Origin: Kineosporiaceae bacterium
GTDB taxonomy: Bacteria; Actinomycetota; Actinomycetes; Actinomycetales; Kineosporiaceae
Assembly (NCBI GenBank): GCA_036518955.1
Contig: DATDMG010000234.1
Coordinates: 12,767 to 76,766 of the forward strand
Length of the DNA: 64,000 nucleotides
Direction: 5' to 3'
Under the pieces are notes generated by a model. That model saw nothing but the letters and a program-made list of their open reading frames with translations. It was not told the DNA's origin and ran no database searches. Shown here one piece after another: positions 9,634 to 20,864 of the stretch. Position 1 is the first letter of the stretch. Every line of letters starts with the position of its first letter. Position numbers and translations under genes: made by a program.

Positions 9634-12600
9634 GCGCCGACCCCGGCCGCCTGGGCCGCCCGCCCGGCGGCGAGCGCCGCGGCGTGCTGCTGCAGCGAGG
9701 CCACCCGGATCGGCTCGTTCCGGGCCGCCTCGATGGCCTGCACGGCGGCGGCGAACTGCTGGACCGTCGTGATGATCGGCCGGTCCATCGCGGTCGTCGC
9801 GGCGCGGATCTCGTAGCCGTCGAGCCGGGCGGCCGGCCCGCTCGGGGTGTTCACCACCATGTCCACGTCGCCGGCGAGGATCTGCTCGACGATCGTCGGC
9901 TCGTCCTTGGGCCCGCGCCCGGAGCTCGCCTTGCGGACGACGGTGCTCCGGATCCCGTTGCGGCGCAGGACGGCGGCCGTGCCGTCCGTGGCGAGGACCT
10001 CGAACCCCAGGTCGACCAGCCGCCGGACCGGGAACACGATCGCCCGCTTGTCGCCGTCCGCGACCGACACGAAGACCCGGCCCCCCTCGGGCAGCCCGCC
10101 GTAGGCGGCGGCCTGCGACTTGGCGAAGGCATGCGGGAAGTCGACGTCGATGCCCATCACCTCGCCGGTGGACTTCATCTCCGGGCCGAGCAGGCTGTCG
10201 ACGGCGACGCCCTGGACCGTGCGGAACCGCTTGAACGGAAGCACCGCCTCCTTCACCGCCATCGGCGCGTCGTCGGGGAGCGTGCCGCCATCACCCTGCG
10301 CCGGGAGCAGCCCCTCGGCCCGCAACTCCTTGACGGTGGCCCCGAGCATGATCCTGGCTGCCGCCTTGGCCAGCGGCACCGCCGTCGCCTTGGACACGAA
10401 CGGGGCCGTCCGGCTGGCCCGGGGGTTGGCTTCGAGCACGTACAGGACGCCCGCGACCAGCGCGTACTGCACGTTGAGCAGACCGAGGACGCCGATCCCG
10501 CGGGCGATCGCCTCGGTGCTGGCGCGCACCCGCTCGAGCTCCGCCGCACCGAGGGTCACCGGCGGGAGCACGCAGGCGGAGTCACCGGAGTGGATCCCGG
10601 CCTCCTCGATGTGCTCCATCACGCCGCCGAGGTACAGCTCCTCGCCGTCGAAGAGCGCGTCGACGTCGATCTCGACCGCGCCCTCCAGGAAGCGATCCAC
10701 CAGGACGGGGTGCTCCGGACTCACCCGGGTGGCCCGGCCGATGTAGTCCGCGAGCATCGCCTCGTCGTAGACGATCTCCATCCCGCGGCCGCCGAGCACG
10801 TACGAGGGGCGCACCAGCACCGGGTACCCGATCGTGTCGGCCACCTCCTTGGCCTCGACGAAACTGGACGCCGTCCCGTGCTTGGGCGCCGGCAACCCGG
10901 CCCGGGCGAGCACCCGGCCGAACGCCCCGCGCTCCTCGGCGAGGTGGATCGCGGCCGGCGGCGTCCCGACGACGGGCACGCCCTCGGCCTCGAGCCGGGC
11001 GGCGAGCCCGAGCGGGGTCTGCCCGCCGAGCTGGACGACGACCCCGACGACCCGCCCGGACCGGGACTCGGCGTGCACGACCTCGAGCACGTCCTCCAGG
11101 GTGAGCGGCTCGAAGTACAGCCGATCGGAGGTGTCGTAGTCGGTCGAGACGGTCTCCGGGTTGCAGTTGACCATCACGGTCTCGAAGCCGGCGTCCCGCA
11201 AGGCGAAGCTGGCGTGCACGCACGAGTAGTCGAACTCCACGCCCTGCCCGATCCGGTTCGGACCCGACCCCAGAATGATCACCTTCTGCCGGCCGGAGGC
11301 GCCGACCTCGTCCTCCTCGTCGTAGCACGAGTAGTGGTACGGGGTGGCGGCGGCGAACTCGGCGGCGCAGGTGTCGACGGTCTTGTAGACCGGCCGGACG
11401 CCGAGTGCGTGACGGACCCCGCGGACCACGTCCTCGGGCATCCGGCGCAGCCCGCCGATCTGGGCGTCGCTGAAGCCGTGGCGCTTGGCCTCGCGGAGCA
11501 GGTCGGGGGTGAGGGCGTCGGCCGCCGCGACCGTGCGTGCGATCTCGTCGAGGAGCACGAGCTGGTCCAGGAACCACGGGTCGATGCCGCTGGCCCGGTG
11601 CAGGGCCTCGACGGTTGCCCCGCCCCGGATCGCCTGCTGCACCTGGAGCAGGCGGTCCTCGGTCGGGCGGCGGACGGCGTCCAGCAGGCATTCCAGCTCG
11701 GCCCCGGACGGTGCCGGGCCGTCCCAGTGGAAGGCCGCGCCGCGCCGTTCCAGCGACCGCAGCGCCTTCTGCAGCGCCTCCGTGAAGTTGCGGCCGATGG
11801 CCATCGCCTCGCCGACGGACTTCATCGTGGTCGTCAGCGTCGGATCGGCCATCGGGAACTTCTCGAACGCGAAGCGCGGCACCTTGACCACGACGTAGTC
11901 GAGGGTCGGCTCGAAGCTCGCGGGGGTGGACCGGGTGATGTCGTTGGGGATCTCGTCGAGCGTGTACCCGACCGCCAGCTTGGCAGCGATCTTGGCGATC
12001 GGGAAGCCGGTGGCCTTGCTCGCCAACGCCGACGACCGGGACACCCGAGGGTTCATCTCGATCACGACCACGCGCCCGTCAGCCGGGTTGACCGCGAACT
12101 GGATGTTGCAGCCGCCGGTGTCGACGCCGACCTCGCGGATCACCGCGATCCCGATGTCGCGCAGCCGCTGGTACTCCCGGTCGGTCAGGGTGAGCGCCGG
12201 GGCGACGGTGATGGAGTCCCCGGTGTGCACGCCCATCGGGTCGAGGTTCTCGATCGAGCACACCACCACGACGTTGTCGTGCCGATCCCGCATGAGCTCC
12301 AGCTCGTACTCCTTCCAGCCGAGGATCGACTCCTCCAGGAGCACCTCGGTGGTCGGCGAGTACTGCAGCCCGGCGCCGGCGATCCTGCGCAGGTCCGCCT
12401 CGTCGTGGGCGATCCCCGAGCCGAGACCCCCCATCGTGAACGACGGCCGGACGACGACCGGGTAGCCCAGCTCGGCGGTGGCCGCCACGCAGTCGACCAG
12501 GGAGTGGCAGATCCGCGAGCGCGCCACCTGGGCGCCGCAGCGCTCCACCACCTCCTTGAACCGCTGCCGGTCCTCCCCCGCCTCGATCGCCGCGACGTTC

Positions 12601-12953
12601 GCACCGATCAGCTCCACCCGGTAACGCTCCAGCACCCCGGCGGCGTCCAGCGCCATCGCCGTGTTGAGCGCGGTCTGGCCGCCCAGGGTCGCCAGCAAGG
12701 CGTCCGGGCGCTCCGTGGCGATGATCGCCTCCACCACGGCGGGTGTGATCGGCTCCACGTACGTCGCGTCCGCGAACTCCGGGTCCGTCATGATCGTCGC
12801 CGGATTCGAGTTCACCAGGACCACGCGCAGCCCCTCCGCCCGGAGCACCCGGCAGGCCTGGGTGCCGGAGTAGTCGAACTCGCACGCCTGGCCGATCACG
12901 ATCGGTCCGGAGCCGATCACCAGCACGCTGCGCAGGTCGTCACGGCGTGGCAT
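9630..12953 (-). CDS. carB: Carbamoyl-phosphate synthase large subunit
   Basis: Track ORF trimmed to ATG 12953 (TGATG overlap with the carA stop). N-terminus [38 protein letters not shown]. Duplicated ATP-grasp halves. Confidence 0.97.
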   Translation of the reverse strand: MPRRDDLRSVLVIGSGPIVIGQACEFDYSGTQACRVLRAEGLRVVLVNSNPATIMTDPEFADATYVEPITPAVVEAIIATERPDALLATLGGQTALNTAMALDAAGVLERYRVELIGANVAAIEAGEDRQRFKEVVERCGAQVARSRICHSLVDCVAATAELGYPVVVRPSFTMGGLGSGIAHDEADLRRIAGAGLQYSPTTEVLLEESILGWKEYELELMRDRHDNVVVVCSIENLDPMGVHTGDSITVAPALTLTDREYQRLRDIGIAVIREVGVDTGGCNIQFAVNPADGRVVVIEMNPRVSRSSALASKATGFPIAKIAAKLAVGYTLDEIPNDITRSTPASFEPTLDYVVVKVPRFAFEKFPMADPTLTTTMKSVGEAMAIGRNFTEALQKALRSLERRGAAFHWDGPAPSGAELECLLDAVRRPTEDRLLQVQQAIRGGATVEALHRASGIDPWFLDQLVLLDEIARTVAAADALTPDLLREAKRHGFSDAQIGGLRRMPEDVVRGVRHALGVRPVYKTVDTCAAEFAAATPYHYSCYDEEDEVGASGRQKVIILGSGPNRIGQGVEFDYSCVHASFALRDAGFETVMVNCNPETVSTDYDTSDRLYFEPLTLEDVLEVVHAESRSGRVVGVVVQLGGQTPLGLAARLEAEGVPVVGTPPAAIHLAEERGAFGRVLARAGLPAPKHGTASSFVEAKEVADTIGYPVLVRPSYVLGGRGMEIVYDEAMLADYIGRATRVSPEHPVLVDRFLEGAVEIDVDALFDGEELYLGGVMEHIEEAGIHSGDSACVLPPVTLGAAELERVRASTEAIARGIGVLGLLNVQYALVAGVLYVLEANPRASRTAPFVSKATAVPLAKAAARIMLGATVKELRAEGLLPAQGDGGTLPDDAPMAVKEAVLPFKRFRTVQGVAVDSLLGPEMKSTGEVMGIDVDFPHAFAKSQAAAYGGLPEGGRVFVSVADGDKRAIVFPVRRLVDLGFEVLATDGTAAVLRRNGIRSTVVRKASSGRGPKDEPTIVEQILAGDVDMVVNTPSGPAARLDGYEIRAATTAMDRPIITTVQQFAAAVQAIEAARNEPIRVASLQQHAAALAAGRAAQAAGVGA

Positions 12954-14071
12954 CAGGCGGCCCCGCCCTTGCGCATGAGGTCGGCGAACCGGTCGAACAG
13001 GTAGGCCGCGTCGTGCGGGCCGGCTGCCGCCTCCGGGTGGTACTGCACCGAGAACGCCGGGACGTCCAGGCACCGCAGGCCCTCCACCACGCCGTCGTTC
13101 AGGGCGACGTGGCTCACCTCGGCCCGGCCGAATGGCGTGGCGGCGATCTCGTCGAGCGGCGCGTCCACGGCGAACCCGTGGTTGTGCGCCGTCACCTCGA
13201 CCCGACCGGTGGCCCGGTCCAGGACCGGCTGGTTGATGCCCCGGTGCCCGTACCCGAGCTTGTAGGTGCCGAAGCCGAGAGCCCGGCCGAGCAGCTGGTT
13301 GCCGAAGCAGATCCCGAAGAACGGCAGCCCGTCGGCCAGCACCTGCCGGAGCAGCTCCACCGGGTGACCCGCGGCGGCCGGGTCGCCGGGCCCGTTGGAG
13401 AAGAACACGCCGTCCGCACCGGTGGCCCGGACGTCGTCCAGGGTCGCCGTCGCCGGCAGCACGTGGACGTCGACACCGCGCTCGGCCAGCCGGCGCGGCG
13501 TCATCGCCTTGATCCCGAGGTCGAGCGCGGCGACCGTGAACCGCCGCTCGCCCCGGGCCGGGACGACGTACGGCCGCGGCGTGGACACCTCGCCGCACAG
13601 GTCGGCGCCGGACATCTGCGGTGCCTGCCGTACCCGGCCGAGCAGCTCCGCCGCCGAGGCCTGCGCGGCCTCGCCGGAGAACACCCCGGCCCGCATCGCG
13701 CCGCGCTCGCGCAGGTGCCGGGTGATCGCCCGGGTGTCGACGTGGCTGATCCCGACCACGCCCTGGGCCACCAGCTCGTCCGCCAGCTCCCCCGTCGCCC
13801 GCCAGTTCGAGGCGCGCCGGGCCGGGTCGCGGACCACGTAGCCGGAGACCCAGATCCGCCGCGACTCCCCGTCCTCGTCGTTCATCCCGGTGTTACCGAT
13901 GTGCGGCGCCGTCATCACCACCACCTGGCGGTGGTAGGACGGGTCGGTCAGGGTCTCCTGGTAGCCGGTCATCCCGGTGGCGAACACCGCCTCGCCGAAC
14001 GCCTCGCCCACGGTGCCGTACGGCCGCCCGCGCCAGCTGCGCCCGTCCTCCAGGACCAGCACCGCCTCCAT
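12953..14071 (-). CDS. carA: Carbamoyl-phosphate synthase small (glutaminase) subunit
   Basis: Trimmed to ATG 14071 (TGATG overlap with the pyrC stop). N-terminus [15 protein letters not shown]. Amidotransferase motifs GICFGNQLL and HNHGFAV are present. Confidence 0.96.
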   Translation of the reverse strand: MEAVLVLEDGRSWRGRPYGTVGEAFGEAVFATGMTGYQETLTDPSYHRQVVVMTAPHIGNTGMNDEDGESRRIWVSGYVVRDPARRASNWRATGELADELVAQGVVGISHVDTRAITRHLRERGAMRAGVFSGEAAQASAAELLGRVRQAPQMSGADLCGEVSTPRPYVVPARGERRFTVAALDLGIKAMTPRRLAERGVDVHVLPATATLDDVRATGADGVFFSNGPGDPAAAGHPVELLRQVLADGLPFFGICFGNQLLGRALGFGTYKLGYGHRGINQPVLDRATGRVEVTAHNHGFAVDAPLDEIAATPFGRAEVSHVALNDGVVEGLRCLDVPAFSVQYHPEAAAGPHDAAYLFDRFADLMRKGGAA

Positions 14072-15426
14072 CAGAGCAACGCCCCTTCTCTGCGATCCGT
14101 CGCCGGATCCCTCACCACCAGCTCCCCGGCCAGGACCGTCGGCCGGCCGGCCAGGAAGGTCGCCACCACCCGCCCCGGCACCTCGCGGCCCCGGTAGGGG
14201 CTGTTGCGGCCCATCGTGGCCATCGCCGCCGGGTCGACGACCCGCCGGGCCGCCGGGTCGACCAGCGTCAGCTGCGCCGGCTCCCCCACCGCGATCGGGC
14301 GGCCGTGGCCGGCCACCCGGCCGATGCGGGCCGGGGCGGCGGACATCCGCTCGGCGACCCCGGCCCAGTCGAGCAGCCCGGTCTCCACCATGGTGGCCTG
14401 GACCACGGACAGGGCTGTTTCCAGCCCGGTCATCCCCATCGCCGCGACCGCCCACTCGCAGTCCTTGTCCTCGGCCGGATGCGGCGCGTGGTCGGTCGCC
14501 ACCACGTCGATCGTGCCGTCGGCCAGCGCCTGGCGCAGCGCGCCGACGTCCTCCGCCGTCCGCAACGGCGGGTTGACCTTGAACACCGGATCGTAGCTGC
14601 GTACCTCCTCGTCGGTGAGCAGCAGGTGGTGCGGCGTCACCTCGGCGGTCACCTGCACGCCGCGGGCCTTGGCCCAGCGCACGATCTCGACCGAGCCGGC
14701 GGTGGAGACGTGACAGACGTGCAGCCGGGATCCCACGTGCCCGGCCAGCAGCACGTCCCGGGCGATGATCGCCTCCTCGGCGACGGCCGGCCAGCCCCGC
14801 AACCCGAGCACCGCCGACACCACACCCTCGTGCATCTGGGCACCGTCGGTCAGGCGTGGCTCCTGGGCGTGCTGGGCGATCACCCCGTCGAACGCCTTGA
14901 CGTACTCGAGGGCCCGGCGCATCAGCACCGGGTCCCAGACGCACCGCCCGTCGTCGCTGAAGACCCGGACCCCGGCCGCGGACTCGGCCATCGCCCCGAG
15001 TTCGGCGAGCCGCTCGCCGCGCAGGCCGACGGTGACGGCCCCGACCGGCCGGACGTCGACCCAGCCGGACTCCCGGCCCAGCCGCCATACCTGCTCGACG
15101 ACGCCCGCGGTGTCGGCCGCCGGGTCGGTGTTCGCCATCGCGTGGACGGCGGTGAACCCGCCGAGGGCCGCGGCCCGGCTGCCGGTCTCGACCGTCTCGG
15201 CATCCTCCCTCCCCGGCTCCCGCAGGTGGGTGTGCAGGTCGACGAGGCCGGGCAGGGCGACCAACCCGTCGCCGTCCACCACCCGGGCCCCGGCGGCCGG
15301 CACGTCCGGGCCGACCGCCGCGATCACCCCGTCGGCGAGCAGCAGGTCCACCGGTGGACCGCCCAGCGGCCGGACCCCGCGCAGCAGGTACCGGTCCGCC
15401 GCGGTGGCGGGCGTTCGCGGGCTCAC
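14071..15426 (-). CDS. pyrC: Dihydroorotase
   Basis: Trimmed to GTG 15426 (GTGA overlap with the pyrB stop). Metal-site motifs [12 protein letters not shown] and VATDHAPH are present. Confidence 0.94.
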   Translation of the reverse strand: MSPRTPATAADRYLLRGVRPLGGPPVDLLLADGVIAAVGPDVPAAGARVVDGDGLVALPGLVDLHTHLREPGREDAETVETGSRAAALGGFTAVHAMANTDPAADTAGVVEQVWRLGRESGWVDVRPVGAVTVGLRGERLAELGAMAESAAGVRVFSDDGRCVWDPVLMRRALEYVKAFDGVIAQHAQEPRLTDGAQMHEGVVSAVLGLRGWPAVAEEAIIARDVLLAGHVGSRLHVCHVSTAGSVEIVRWAKARGVQVTAEVTPHHLLLTDEEVRSYDPVFKVNPPLRTAEDVGALRQALADGTIDVVATDHAPHPAEDKDCEWAVAAMGMTGLETALSVVQATMVETGLLDWAGVAERMSAAPARIGRVAGHGRPIAVGEPAQLTLVDPAARRVVDPAAMATMGRNSPYRGREVPGRVVATFLAGRPTVLAGELVVRDPATDRREGALL

Positions 15427-16430
15427 GAGCGCACCCGCTCGGCGGTCGGCACGGTCATCGTCACCGGCGCCCGGTCCTCCGGCGGCGCGCTCGACAGCAG
15501 CAGGTAGAGCACCGCCATCCGGACGGCGACCCCGTTCGCCACCTGCTCGACGATCGTGGACCGCGGGGAGTCGGCCGCGTCCGCCGAGATCTCCAGGCCA
15601 CGGTTCATCGGACCGGGGTGCATCACCACGGCGTGGCCGGGCAGCAGCCGCAGCCGTCGCGCGTCCAAGCCGTACCGCCGGGAGTACTCCCGGGCGCTCG
15701 GGAAGTAGGCCGCGTTCATCCGCTCGGCCTGGACCCGCAGCATCATCACCGCGTCGAGGGGGCCGTGCGAGCCGGCGAGGACGGCGTCCAGGTCGTAGGA
15801 CGTCGTGCACGGCCAGTTCGCCACGCCCACCGGCAGCAGGGTCGGCGGCGCGACCAGGGTGACGTGTGCGCCCAGGGTGTGCAGCAGCAGCACGTCGGAG
15901 CGGGCCACCCGGCTGTGCAGCACGTCCCCCACCACCGCGACCCGGGCCCCGGCCAGATCGGCACCGGTTGCCGCCGGACCGACGAGGTGGCGGCGCAGGG
16001 TGAACGCGTCCAGCAGGGCCTGGGTGGGGTGCTCGTGGGTGCCGTCGCCGGCGTTCACCACCGAACCGCGGATCCAGCCGGCCGTCGCCAACCGGTGCGG
16101 CGCCCCGGACGCCGAGTGCCGCACGACCACCGCGTCGGCACCCATGGCCTCCAGCGTCAGCGCGGTGTCCTTCAGGCTCTCCCCCTTGGACACACTGGAC
16201 CCCCGGGCGGAGAAGTTGATGACGTCGGCGGAGAGCCGCTTGGCGGCGGCCTCGAACGAGATCCGGGTCCGGGTGGAGTCCTCGTAGAACAGGTTCACGA
16301 CCGTCCGGCCGCGCAGGGTCGGCAGCTTCTTGATCTCGCGCTGCTGGGTGGCCGCCATCCGGTCGGCCACGTCGAGCACCTCGACGGCGCTCGCGGTGTC
16401 CAGATCCGCGGCGGAGAGCAGGTGGCGCAT
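15423..16430 (-). CDS. pyrB: Aspartate carbamoyltransferase catalytic subunit
   Basis: Contains [21 protein letters not shown] and [13 protein letters not shown] 16430 overlaps the pyrR stop (TGATG). Confidence 0.96.
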   Translation of the reverse strand: MRHLLSAADLDTASAVEVLDVADRMAATQQREIKKLPTLRGRTVVNLFYEDSTRTRISFEAAAKRLSADVINFSARGSSVSKGESLKDTALTLEAMGADAVVVRHSASGAPHRLATAGWIRGSVVNAGDGTHEHPTQALLDAFTLRRHLVGPAATGADLAGARVAVVGDVLHSRVARSDVLLLHTLGAHVTLVAPPTLLPVGVANWPCTTSYDLDAVLAGSHGPLDAVMMLRVQAERMNAAYFPSAREYSRRYGLDARRLRLLPGHAVVMHPGPMNRGLEISADAADSPRSTIVEQVANGVAVRMAVLYLLLSSAPPEDRAPVTMTVPTAERVRS

Positions 16431-17014
16431 CAGTGACCTCCCTCGATCCGGACCTCGTCCTGGCCGTCCACGTCGGCGAGCCGCACGAGCACCCGCTCGC
16501 GCAGGGACGTCGGCAGGTTCTTGCCCACGTGGTCGGCGCGGATGGGCAGATCACGGTGGCCACGGTCCACCAGGACGGCGAGTCGCACCGCCCGGGGGCG
16601 GCCGAGGTCCGACAGGGCGTCGAGAGCGGCCCGGATCGTGCGGCCGGAGAACAGCACGTCGTCGACCAGGACGACGACCTGGTCGTCGATCCCGCCGTCC
16701 GGCAGGTGGGTCGCCTCGATCCGACGGGTGGGCTGCCGACGGAGGTCGTCCCGGTACATCGTCACGTCGAGGGAACCGACCGGAACCGTGGTGCCCTCGA
16801 TCTCGGCCAGCCGCTGGCCGAGTCTGCGGGCCAGCTGGACCCCGCGGGTCGGGATGCCGAGCAGGACCAGCCCGGCCGGGCCCTTGTTGCGCTCGAGCAG
16901 CTCATGGGCGATCCGGGTGAGGGACCGGGCGATCTCGCCGGCCTCCAGCACCGTCAGGGAACCAGCCGGCCTGCGGCTCGGTGGCTGGGCCGACTCGTGG
17001 CGCGCAGAAGTCAT
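16430..17014 (-). CDS. pyrR: Bifunctional pyr operon regulator / uracil phosphoribosyltransferase
   Basis: PRPP-binding motif [19 protein letters not shown]. It is the first gene of the pyr operon. ATG start preceded by GGAAGGAGG. Confidence 0.95.
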   Translation of the reverse strand: MTSARHESAQPPSRRPAGSLTVLEAGEIARSLTRIAHELLERNKGPAGLVLLGIPTRGVQLARRLGQRLAEIEGTTVPVGSLDVTMYRDDLRRQPTRRIEATHLPDGGIDDQVVVLVDDVLFSGRTIRAALDALSDLGRPRAVRLAVLVDRGHRDLPIRADHVGKNLPTSLRERVLVRLADVDGQDEVRIEGGH

Positions 17015-17021
17015 CCCGCGA

Positions 17022-17060
17022 CCTCCTTCCCCGCCTCACGGGACGGGTCGTTAAAGGTGG
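17022..17060 (-). promoter_or_regulatory. PyrR-binding hairpin nested inside an SD-sequestering stem in the pyrR leader
   Basis: Minus strand reads CCACCUUUAACGACCCGUCCCGUGAGGCGGGGAAGGAGG. GUCCCGUGAGGC matches the PyrR loop consensus RUCCAGAGAGGY at 10 of 12 positions and sits in the hairpin CCCGUC/GGCGGG. CCACCUU can pair with the SD AAGGAGG (6 of 7 bp). Confidence 0.6.
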
Positions 17061-17359
17061 GTCGTTCGTCGTCGCCAACGGTACCAGGTGGCCCGCCCAC
17101 CCCGGTCGGGGGGGCGGGCCGTGCCGCAACCATCCCCCCAGCGGGGGTTACTGTCCGCCGTCACGGTCGAGCGGCAGCGCCTACGTTCCGCCGCGACCAG
17201 CACGTGGCGCTACGGCGACGCGCGGCTCGACCCGGCGTCCAACGGTCCATCCGATGAATCCCCCATTCGGTGGTCTGTCAATCTACTCAAACCATGACAT
17301 AACGGGTGGCCATCAAGAATTGATCGGCGTGGATTCGGCGATCCCGCTTGACGAACGAT

Positions 17360-17374
17360 GTCACGCTCCGTGAC
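17360..17374 (+). promoter_or_regulatory. Candidate BldD operator in the bldD leader
   Basis: Perfect inverted repeat GTCAC-GCTCC-GTGAC lies 10 nt upstream of the bldD ATG. Its core TCACGCTCCGTGA fits the reported BldD box TnACnC(A/T)GnGTnA with one mismatch. Confidence 0.5.
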
Positions 17375-17383
17375 CATCAGCGC

Positions 17384-17881
17384 ATGGCCTCCGATTACGC
17401 ACGGGCGCTGGGCGCCCGACTCCGCGCGATCCGCACGCAGCAGGGTCTGTCCCTGCACGGTGTGGAGGAGAAGTCCGAGGGCCGCTGGAAGGCGGTCGTC
17501 GTCGGCTCCTACGAGCGCGGTGATCGCGCCGTGACGGTCCAACGGCTCGCCGAGCTCGCGGACTTCTACGGCGTTCCCGTTCAGGCGCTGCTGCCCGACG
17601 CCGCTCCGAGCGGAAGCAGCGAGCCCCCGCCGAAGCTCGTCCTCGACCTGGAGCGGCTGCAGTCCGTCCCGGCCGAGAAGGCCGGTCCTCTGGCGCGGTA
17701 CGCCGCGACCATCCAGGGCCAGCGGGGGGACTACAACGGCAAGGTGCTGTCGATCCGCACGGACGATCTGCGCACCCTCGCCGTGATCTACGACGTACCC
17801 CCGGCCGTACTGGCCGAGCAGCTGATCGCCTGGGGCGTCCTCAACGCCGACGCGCGCCGCGCCGTCGCCGCCGAGGACTGA
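17384..17881 (+). CDS. bldD: Developmental transcriptional regulator BldD (XRE HTH plus c-di-GMP-binding C-terminal domain)
   Basis: Track ORF (TTG 17348) trimmed to ATG 17384. MASDYARALGARLRAIRTQQGLSLHGVEEKSEGRWKAVVVGSYERGDRAVTVQRLAELADFYGVPV is near-identical to Streptomyces BldD as I recall it. The bipartite motif RGD-YNGKVLSI-RTDD is intact. Confidence 0.93.
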   Translation: MASDYARALGARLRAIRTQQGLSLHGVEEKSEGRWKAVVVGSYERGDRAVTVQRLAELADFYGVPVQALLPDAAPSGSSEPPPKLVLDLERLQSVPAEKAGPLARYAATIQGQRGDYNGKVLSIRTDDLRTLAVIYDVPPAVLAEQLIAWGVLNADARRAVAAED

Positions 17882-17898
17882 CGAGTCACTCCTGCTCA

Positions 17899-17932
17899 CC
17901 GGCGCGGTGACGCGCGGCACGTGCTGCGCCGG
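17899..17932. terminator. Imperfect long palindrome between convergent bldD and nusB; possible bidirectional terminator
   Basis: Outer arms CCGGCGC ... GCGCCGG enclose GCGCGGCAC/GTGCTGCGC (8 of 9 bp). Confidence 0.3.
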
Positions 17933-17994
17933 CGGGGGATCCACCACCATGTCCGCATCGACTCGGGGAGGAGGCCCGGCGCCGTCCGGAGCTC

Positions 17995-18402
17995 TCAGAC
18001 GACGCTGGGCTTGACCTCCAGGAGCCGGGCGAGCAATCCGTTGACGAACGACGGGGACTCGTCCGTGGAGAGCATCCGGGCGAGGTCGACCGCCTCGTCG
18101 ATGGCCACCGCGTCCGGCACCTCGTCGTTGAAGAGCAGCTCCCACGCGCCGATCCGCAGCACGATCCGGTCCACACCCGGCATCCGGTCCAGGGTCCACC
18201 CCTGCGCGTAGGTCGAGAGCAGCTCGTCGATGCGCTCCGCGTACCGCGTCACGCCCTCGACGATCTGCGCGGCGTACTCCGAGATCGGCGGGTGCGCGTC
18301 CGGCAGGCGTTCGGCGAGCAGGCGCACCGGGTCGAGGCCGCGCTGGTCGGCCTCGAAGAGCAGGTCGAGCGCCCGCTTGCGAGCCTTGCTGCGCGCGCCC
18401 AC
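17995..18402 (-). CDS. nusB: Transcription antitermination factor NusB
   Basis: MGARSKARKRALDLLFEADQRG...DRIVLRIGAWELLF...AIDEAVDLARMLSTDESPSFVNGLL. Confidence 0.95.
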   Translation of the reverse strand: MGARSKARKRALDLLFEADQRGLDPVRLLAERLPDAHPPISEYAAQIVEGVTRYAERIDELLSTYAQGWTLDRMPGVDRIVLRIGAWELLFNDEVPDAVAIDEAVDLARMLSTDESPSFVNGLLARLLEVKPSVV

Positions 18403-18405
18403 CGA

Positions 18406-18966
18406 TCAGTTCACGCGGCCCAGGTAGTCGCCGGTCCGGGTGTCGACCTTGACCTTGGTGCCCGTCTCCAGGAACAGCGGCACCTGGATCTCGTACCCGG
18501 TCTCCACCGTGGCCGGCTTGGTCCCGCCCGTCGAGCGGTCGCCCTGCAGCCCGGGCTCGGTGTAGGTGATCTCCAGGACGACGGACGTCGGCAGCTCCAC
18601 GTACAGCGGGGTGCCCTCGTGCAGCGCGACGATGGCCTCCTGGTTCTCCAGCAGGAAGTGCGCCGCGTCGCCGACCACGGACGACTGCACGTGCAGCTGG
18701 TCGTAGGTGCTGGTGTCCATGAAGACGTAGTCGTCGCCGTCCTTGTACAGGTACTGCATGTCCCGCTTGTCGACGGTGGCGGTGTCGACCTTCGTGCCGG
18801 CGTTGAAGGTCTTGTCGACCACCTTCCCGGAGAGCACGTTCTTCAGCTTGGTGCGCACGAAGGCGCCGCCCTTGCCGGGCTTGACGTGCTGGAACTCCAC
18901 CACGGACCAGAGCTGGCCCTCGAGGTTGAGCACCAGCCCGTTCTTGAGGTCGTTCGTCGTCGCCAC
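18406..18966 (-). CDS. efp: Elongation factor P
   Basis: Trimmed to GTG 18966. [43 protein letters not shown]. Confidence 0.96.
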   Translation of the reverse strand: MATTNDLKNGLVLNLEGQLWSVVEFQHVKPGKGGAFVRTKLKNVLSGKVVDKTFNAGTKVDTATVDKRDMQYLYKDGDDYVFMDTSTYDQLHVQSSVVGDAAHFLLENQEAIVALHEGTPLYVELPTSVVLEITYTEPGLQGDRSTGGTKPATVETGYEIQVPLFLETGTKVKVDTRTGDYLGRVN

Positions 18967-19039
18967 GAGTCTGCCTTCGTCTGCCGCCGGGCGCACCGTA
19001 GCGAGCGGCGCGACCGGTCGATGGGAGGGAATCGCGGCC

Positions 19040-19738
19040 ATGCTACCCGGCTCGCCGGTGGCCACCGTCCCGGTCGGTGCATCCGACGTCTCGGGTACCG
19101 TCAGGCCCGTGTCCAGGGATGTCGAGATCTGGCTGGGCTGGTCCCGGGAACTGCACTCGATCGCCCAGGCCGGCCTCACGTACGCGGAGAACGCCTTCGA
19201 CGTGCAGCGCTACCGCCGGCTGAGGGAGATCGCCGCGGACCTCGCCGCCGCCCTCTCGGACGGTCCACCGGATCCGGTGCGGATGGCACTGGTCGGCGAG
19301 ACCGGGTACCTGACCCCGAAGCTCGACGTCCGGGCGGCGGTCGTGGACGACGACGGCCGGGTGCTGCTGGTCCGCGAGGCCGCCGACGGTCGCTGGGCCC
19401 TGCCGGGCGGCTGGGCGGACGTCAACGAGGGCCTGATCTCCGGCGCGGTCCGGGAGGTGCGGGAGGAGTCCGGCTACCGGGTCGAGGCCACCCGGCTCCT
19501 CGGCATCTACGACAAGCGGTCCTGGGGTGCCCCGCCGTCCCCCCTCTTCACCCTGACATCCGTGGTGGCGTGCCGTCTGCTGGGCGGGGAGGCGACGCCG
19601 TCGGTCGAGACCACGCAGGTCGGCTGGTTCCGTCGGGACGCCCTCCCCGAGCTCTCCACCGGCCGGACCCCGATCCCCCTGCTGGCGCGCGTCTTCGCCC
19701 ACCACGACGACCCCACCCTGCCGCAGGACCTCAGCTGA
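19040..19738 (+). CDS. NUDIX hydrolase with N-terminal Nudix_N-type extension
   Basis: Trimmed to ATG 19040; the start is uncertain. Nudix box [24 protein letters not shown] is present, with [21 protein letters not shown] upstream of it. Confidence 0.85.
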   Translation: MLPGSPVATVPVGASDVSGTVRPVSRDVEIWLGWSRELHSIAQAGLTYAENAFDVQRYRRLREIAADLAAALSDGPPDPVRMALVGETGYLTPKLDVRAAVVDDDGRVLLVREAADGRWALPGGWADVNEGLISGAVREVREESGYRVEATRLLGIYDKRSWGAPPSPLFTLTSVVACRLLGGEATPSVETTQVGWFRRDALPELSTGRTPIPLLARVFAHHDDPTLPQDLS

Positions 19739-19759
19739 CGCCGGACGCCGGGCGGCGTC
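19737..19759. terminator. 7-bp stem hairpin spanning both stop codons of the convergent NUDIX and aroB genes
   Basis: GACGCCG-GACGCCGGG-CGGCGTC. Confidence 0.3.
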
Positions 19760-20864
19760 AGGCGCTCGCCGCCCGATAGGCCCGGACCAGCAGCTGCGGT
19801 TCCGGACCCTCCAGGCGCACCGGCCGGGCGACGTCCTCGAGGACGACGAACCGCAGCCGGTCTCCCCGGGTCTTCTTGTCCCGGCGCATCGCCGCGAGCA
19901 GGTCGTCCCAGCGGTCACCGCGATAGGCCAGCGGGAGGCCGAGCGCCGCCTGGACGGTACGGTGCCGGTCGACGAGGTCGGCGGGCGTGCGCCCGGCGAG
20001 CCGCCCCAGCTCGGCCGCGTAGATCATGCCGACGCTGACCGCGTCCCCGTGTCGCCAGGTGTAGCCCTCGACCTGTTCCACGGCGTGCCCGAAGGTGTGA
20101 CCGTAGTTGAGGATCTCCCGCAACGAGGACTCCTTGAGGTCCTCGCTGACCACCCGGGCCTTGACCGTGACCGACCGCTCCACCAGCTCCCGAAGGACGC
20201 GCGACCGCCAGTCGGTGCTCGCCACCGGATCCGCCTGGACGATCTCGAGGATGCGCGGGTCGGCGATGAAGCCGGTCTTGATCACCTCGGCGAGACCGGC
20301 GACCAGGTCGCGGCGGGGCAGGGTCGCCAGGGTGGTCAGGTCGCACAGGACGCCCGCGGGTGGGTGGAACGAGCCGACCAGGTTCTTGCCCTCGGCGGTG
20401 TTGATGCCGGTCTTGCCGCCCACCGCCGCGTCGACCATGGCCAGCAGCGTGGTGGGCACCTGGACCACCCGGACGCCGCGCAACCAGGTCGCGGCGACGA
20501 AACCCGCCAGGTCGGTGACCGCTCCCCCGCCGACCCCGACCACGACGTCCGTCCGGGTGAAGCCGGCGTGCCCGAGCACCGCCCAACCGGACGCCGCGAC
20601 GGCGGCCGTCTTGCCCTTCTCGGCGTCCGGGACCGCCGCCAGGTGGGTCTGCAACCCGCCGTCCGCCAGCACCGCCCGGACCTGGTCACCCGCCGACCGC
20701 AGCGCCTCCGAACACATCACCAGCACCCGGGTGGCGCCCTCGACGAGCCTCGGCAGCTCCCCGAGCAGGTCGTGCCCGACGACGACGTCGTAGGCGTCCG
20801 GGCCGGCCGGGTCGCCGGCCTCCCCCGGGCCGACCCGGATCGTGGTGGCGGTCGTCCGGGTCAT
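19758..20864 (-). CDS. aroB: 3-dehydroquinate synthase
   Basis: Trimmed to ATG 20864 (ATGA overlap with the aroK stop). Contains GGGAVTDLAGFVAATWLRGV and NYGHTFGHAVE. Confidence 0.95.
   Translation of the reverse strand: MTRTTATTIRVGPGEAGDPAGPDAYDVVVGHDLLGELPRLVEGATRVLVMCSEALRSAGDQVRAVLADGGLQTHLAAVPDAEKGKTAAVAASGWAVLGHAGFTRTDVVVGVGGGAVTDLAGFVAATWLRGVRVVQVPTTLLAMVDAAVGGKTGINTAEGKNLVGSFHPPAGVLCDLTTLATLPRRDLVAGLAEVIKTGFIADPRILEIVQADPVASTDWRSRVLRELVERSVTVKARVVSEDLKESSLREILNYGHTFGHAVEQVEGYTWRHGDAVSVGMIYAAELGRLAGRTPADLVDRHRTVQAALGLPLAYRGDRWDDLLAAMRRDKKTRGDRLRFVVLEDVARPVRLEGPEPQLLVRAYRAASA

Noticed and set aside
9585-13004. 1139-aa plus-strand ORF
   Set aside because: It is exactly antisense to carB, whose identity is unambiguous. 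The composition is Arg/Gly/Pro/Asp/His-rich and non-protein-like.
12953-16563. Long N-terminal extensions of the track ORFs for carA (711 aa) and pyrC (830 aa); the same applies to carB, pyrF, pyrD, metK, aroB, ruvA/B and others
   Set aside because: The extensions overlap the upstream gene in another frame. In each case a start codon lies exactly at or overlapping the upstream stop and yields the canonical family N-terminus, so I trimmed them.
17061-17359. Possible small RNA or promoter elements in the 370-nt pyrR-bldD divergent spacer
   Set aside because: Only weak G/C-run hairpins and no convincing -10/-35 pairs could be read by eye. I leave this unannotated rather than guess.
17210-18199. 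329-aa minus-strand ORF across bldD
   Set aside because: It is antisense to the near-canonical BldD and overlaps nusB out of frame. No motifs are present.
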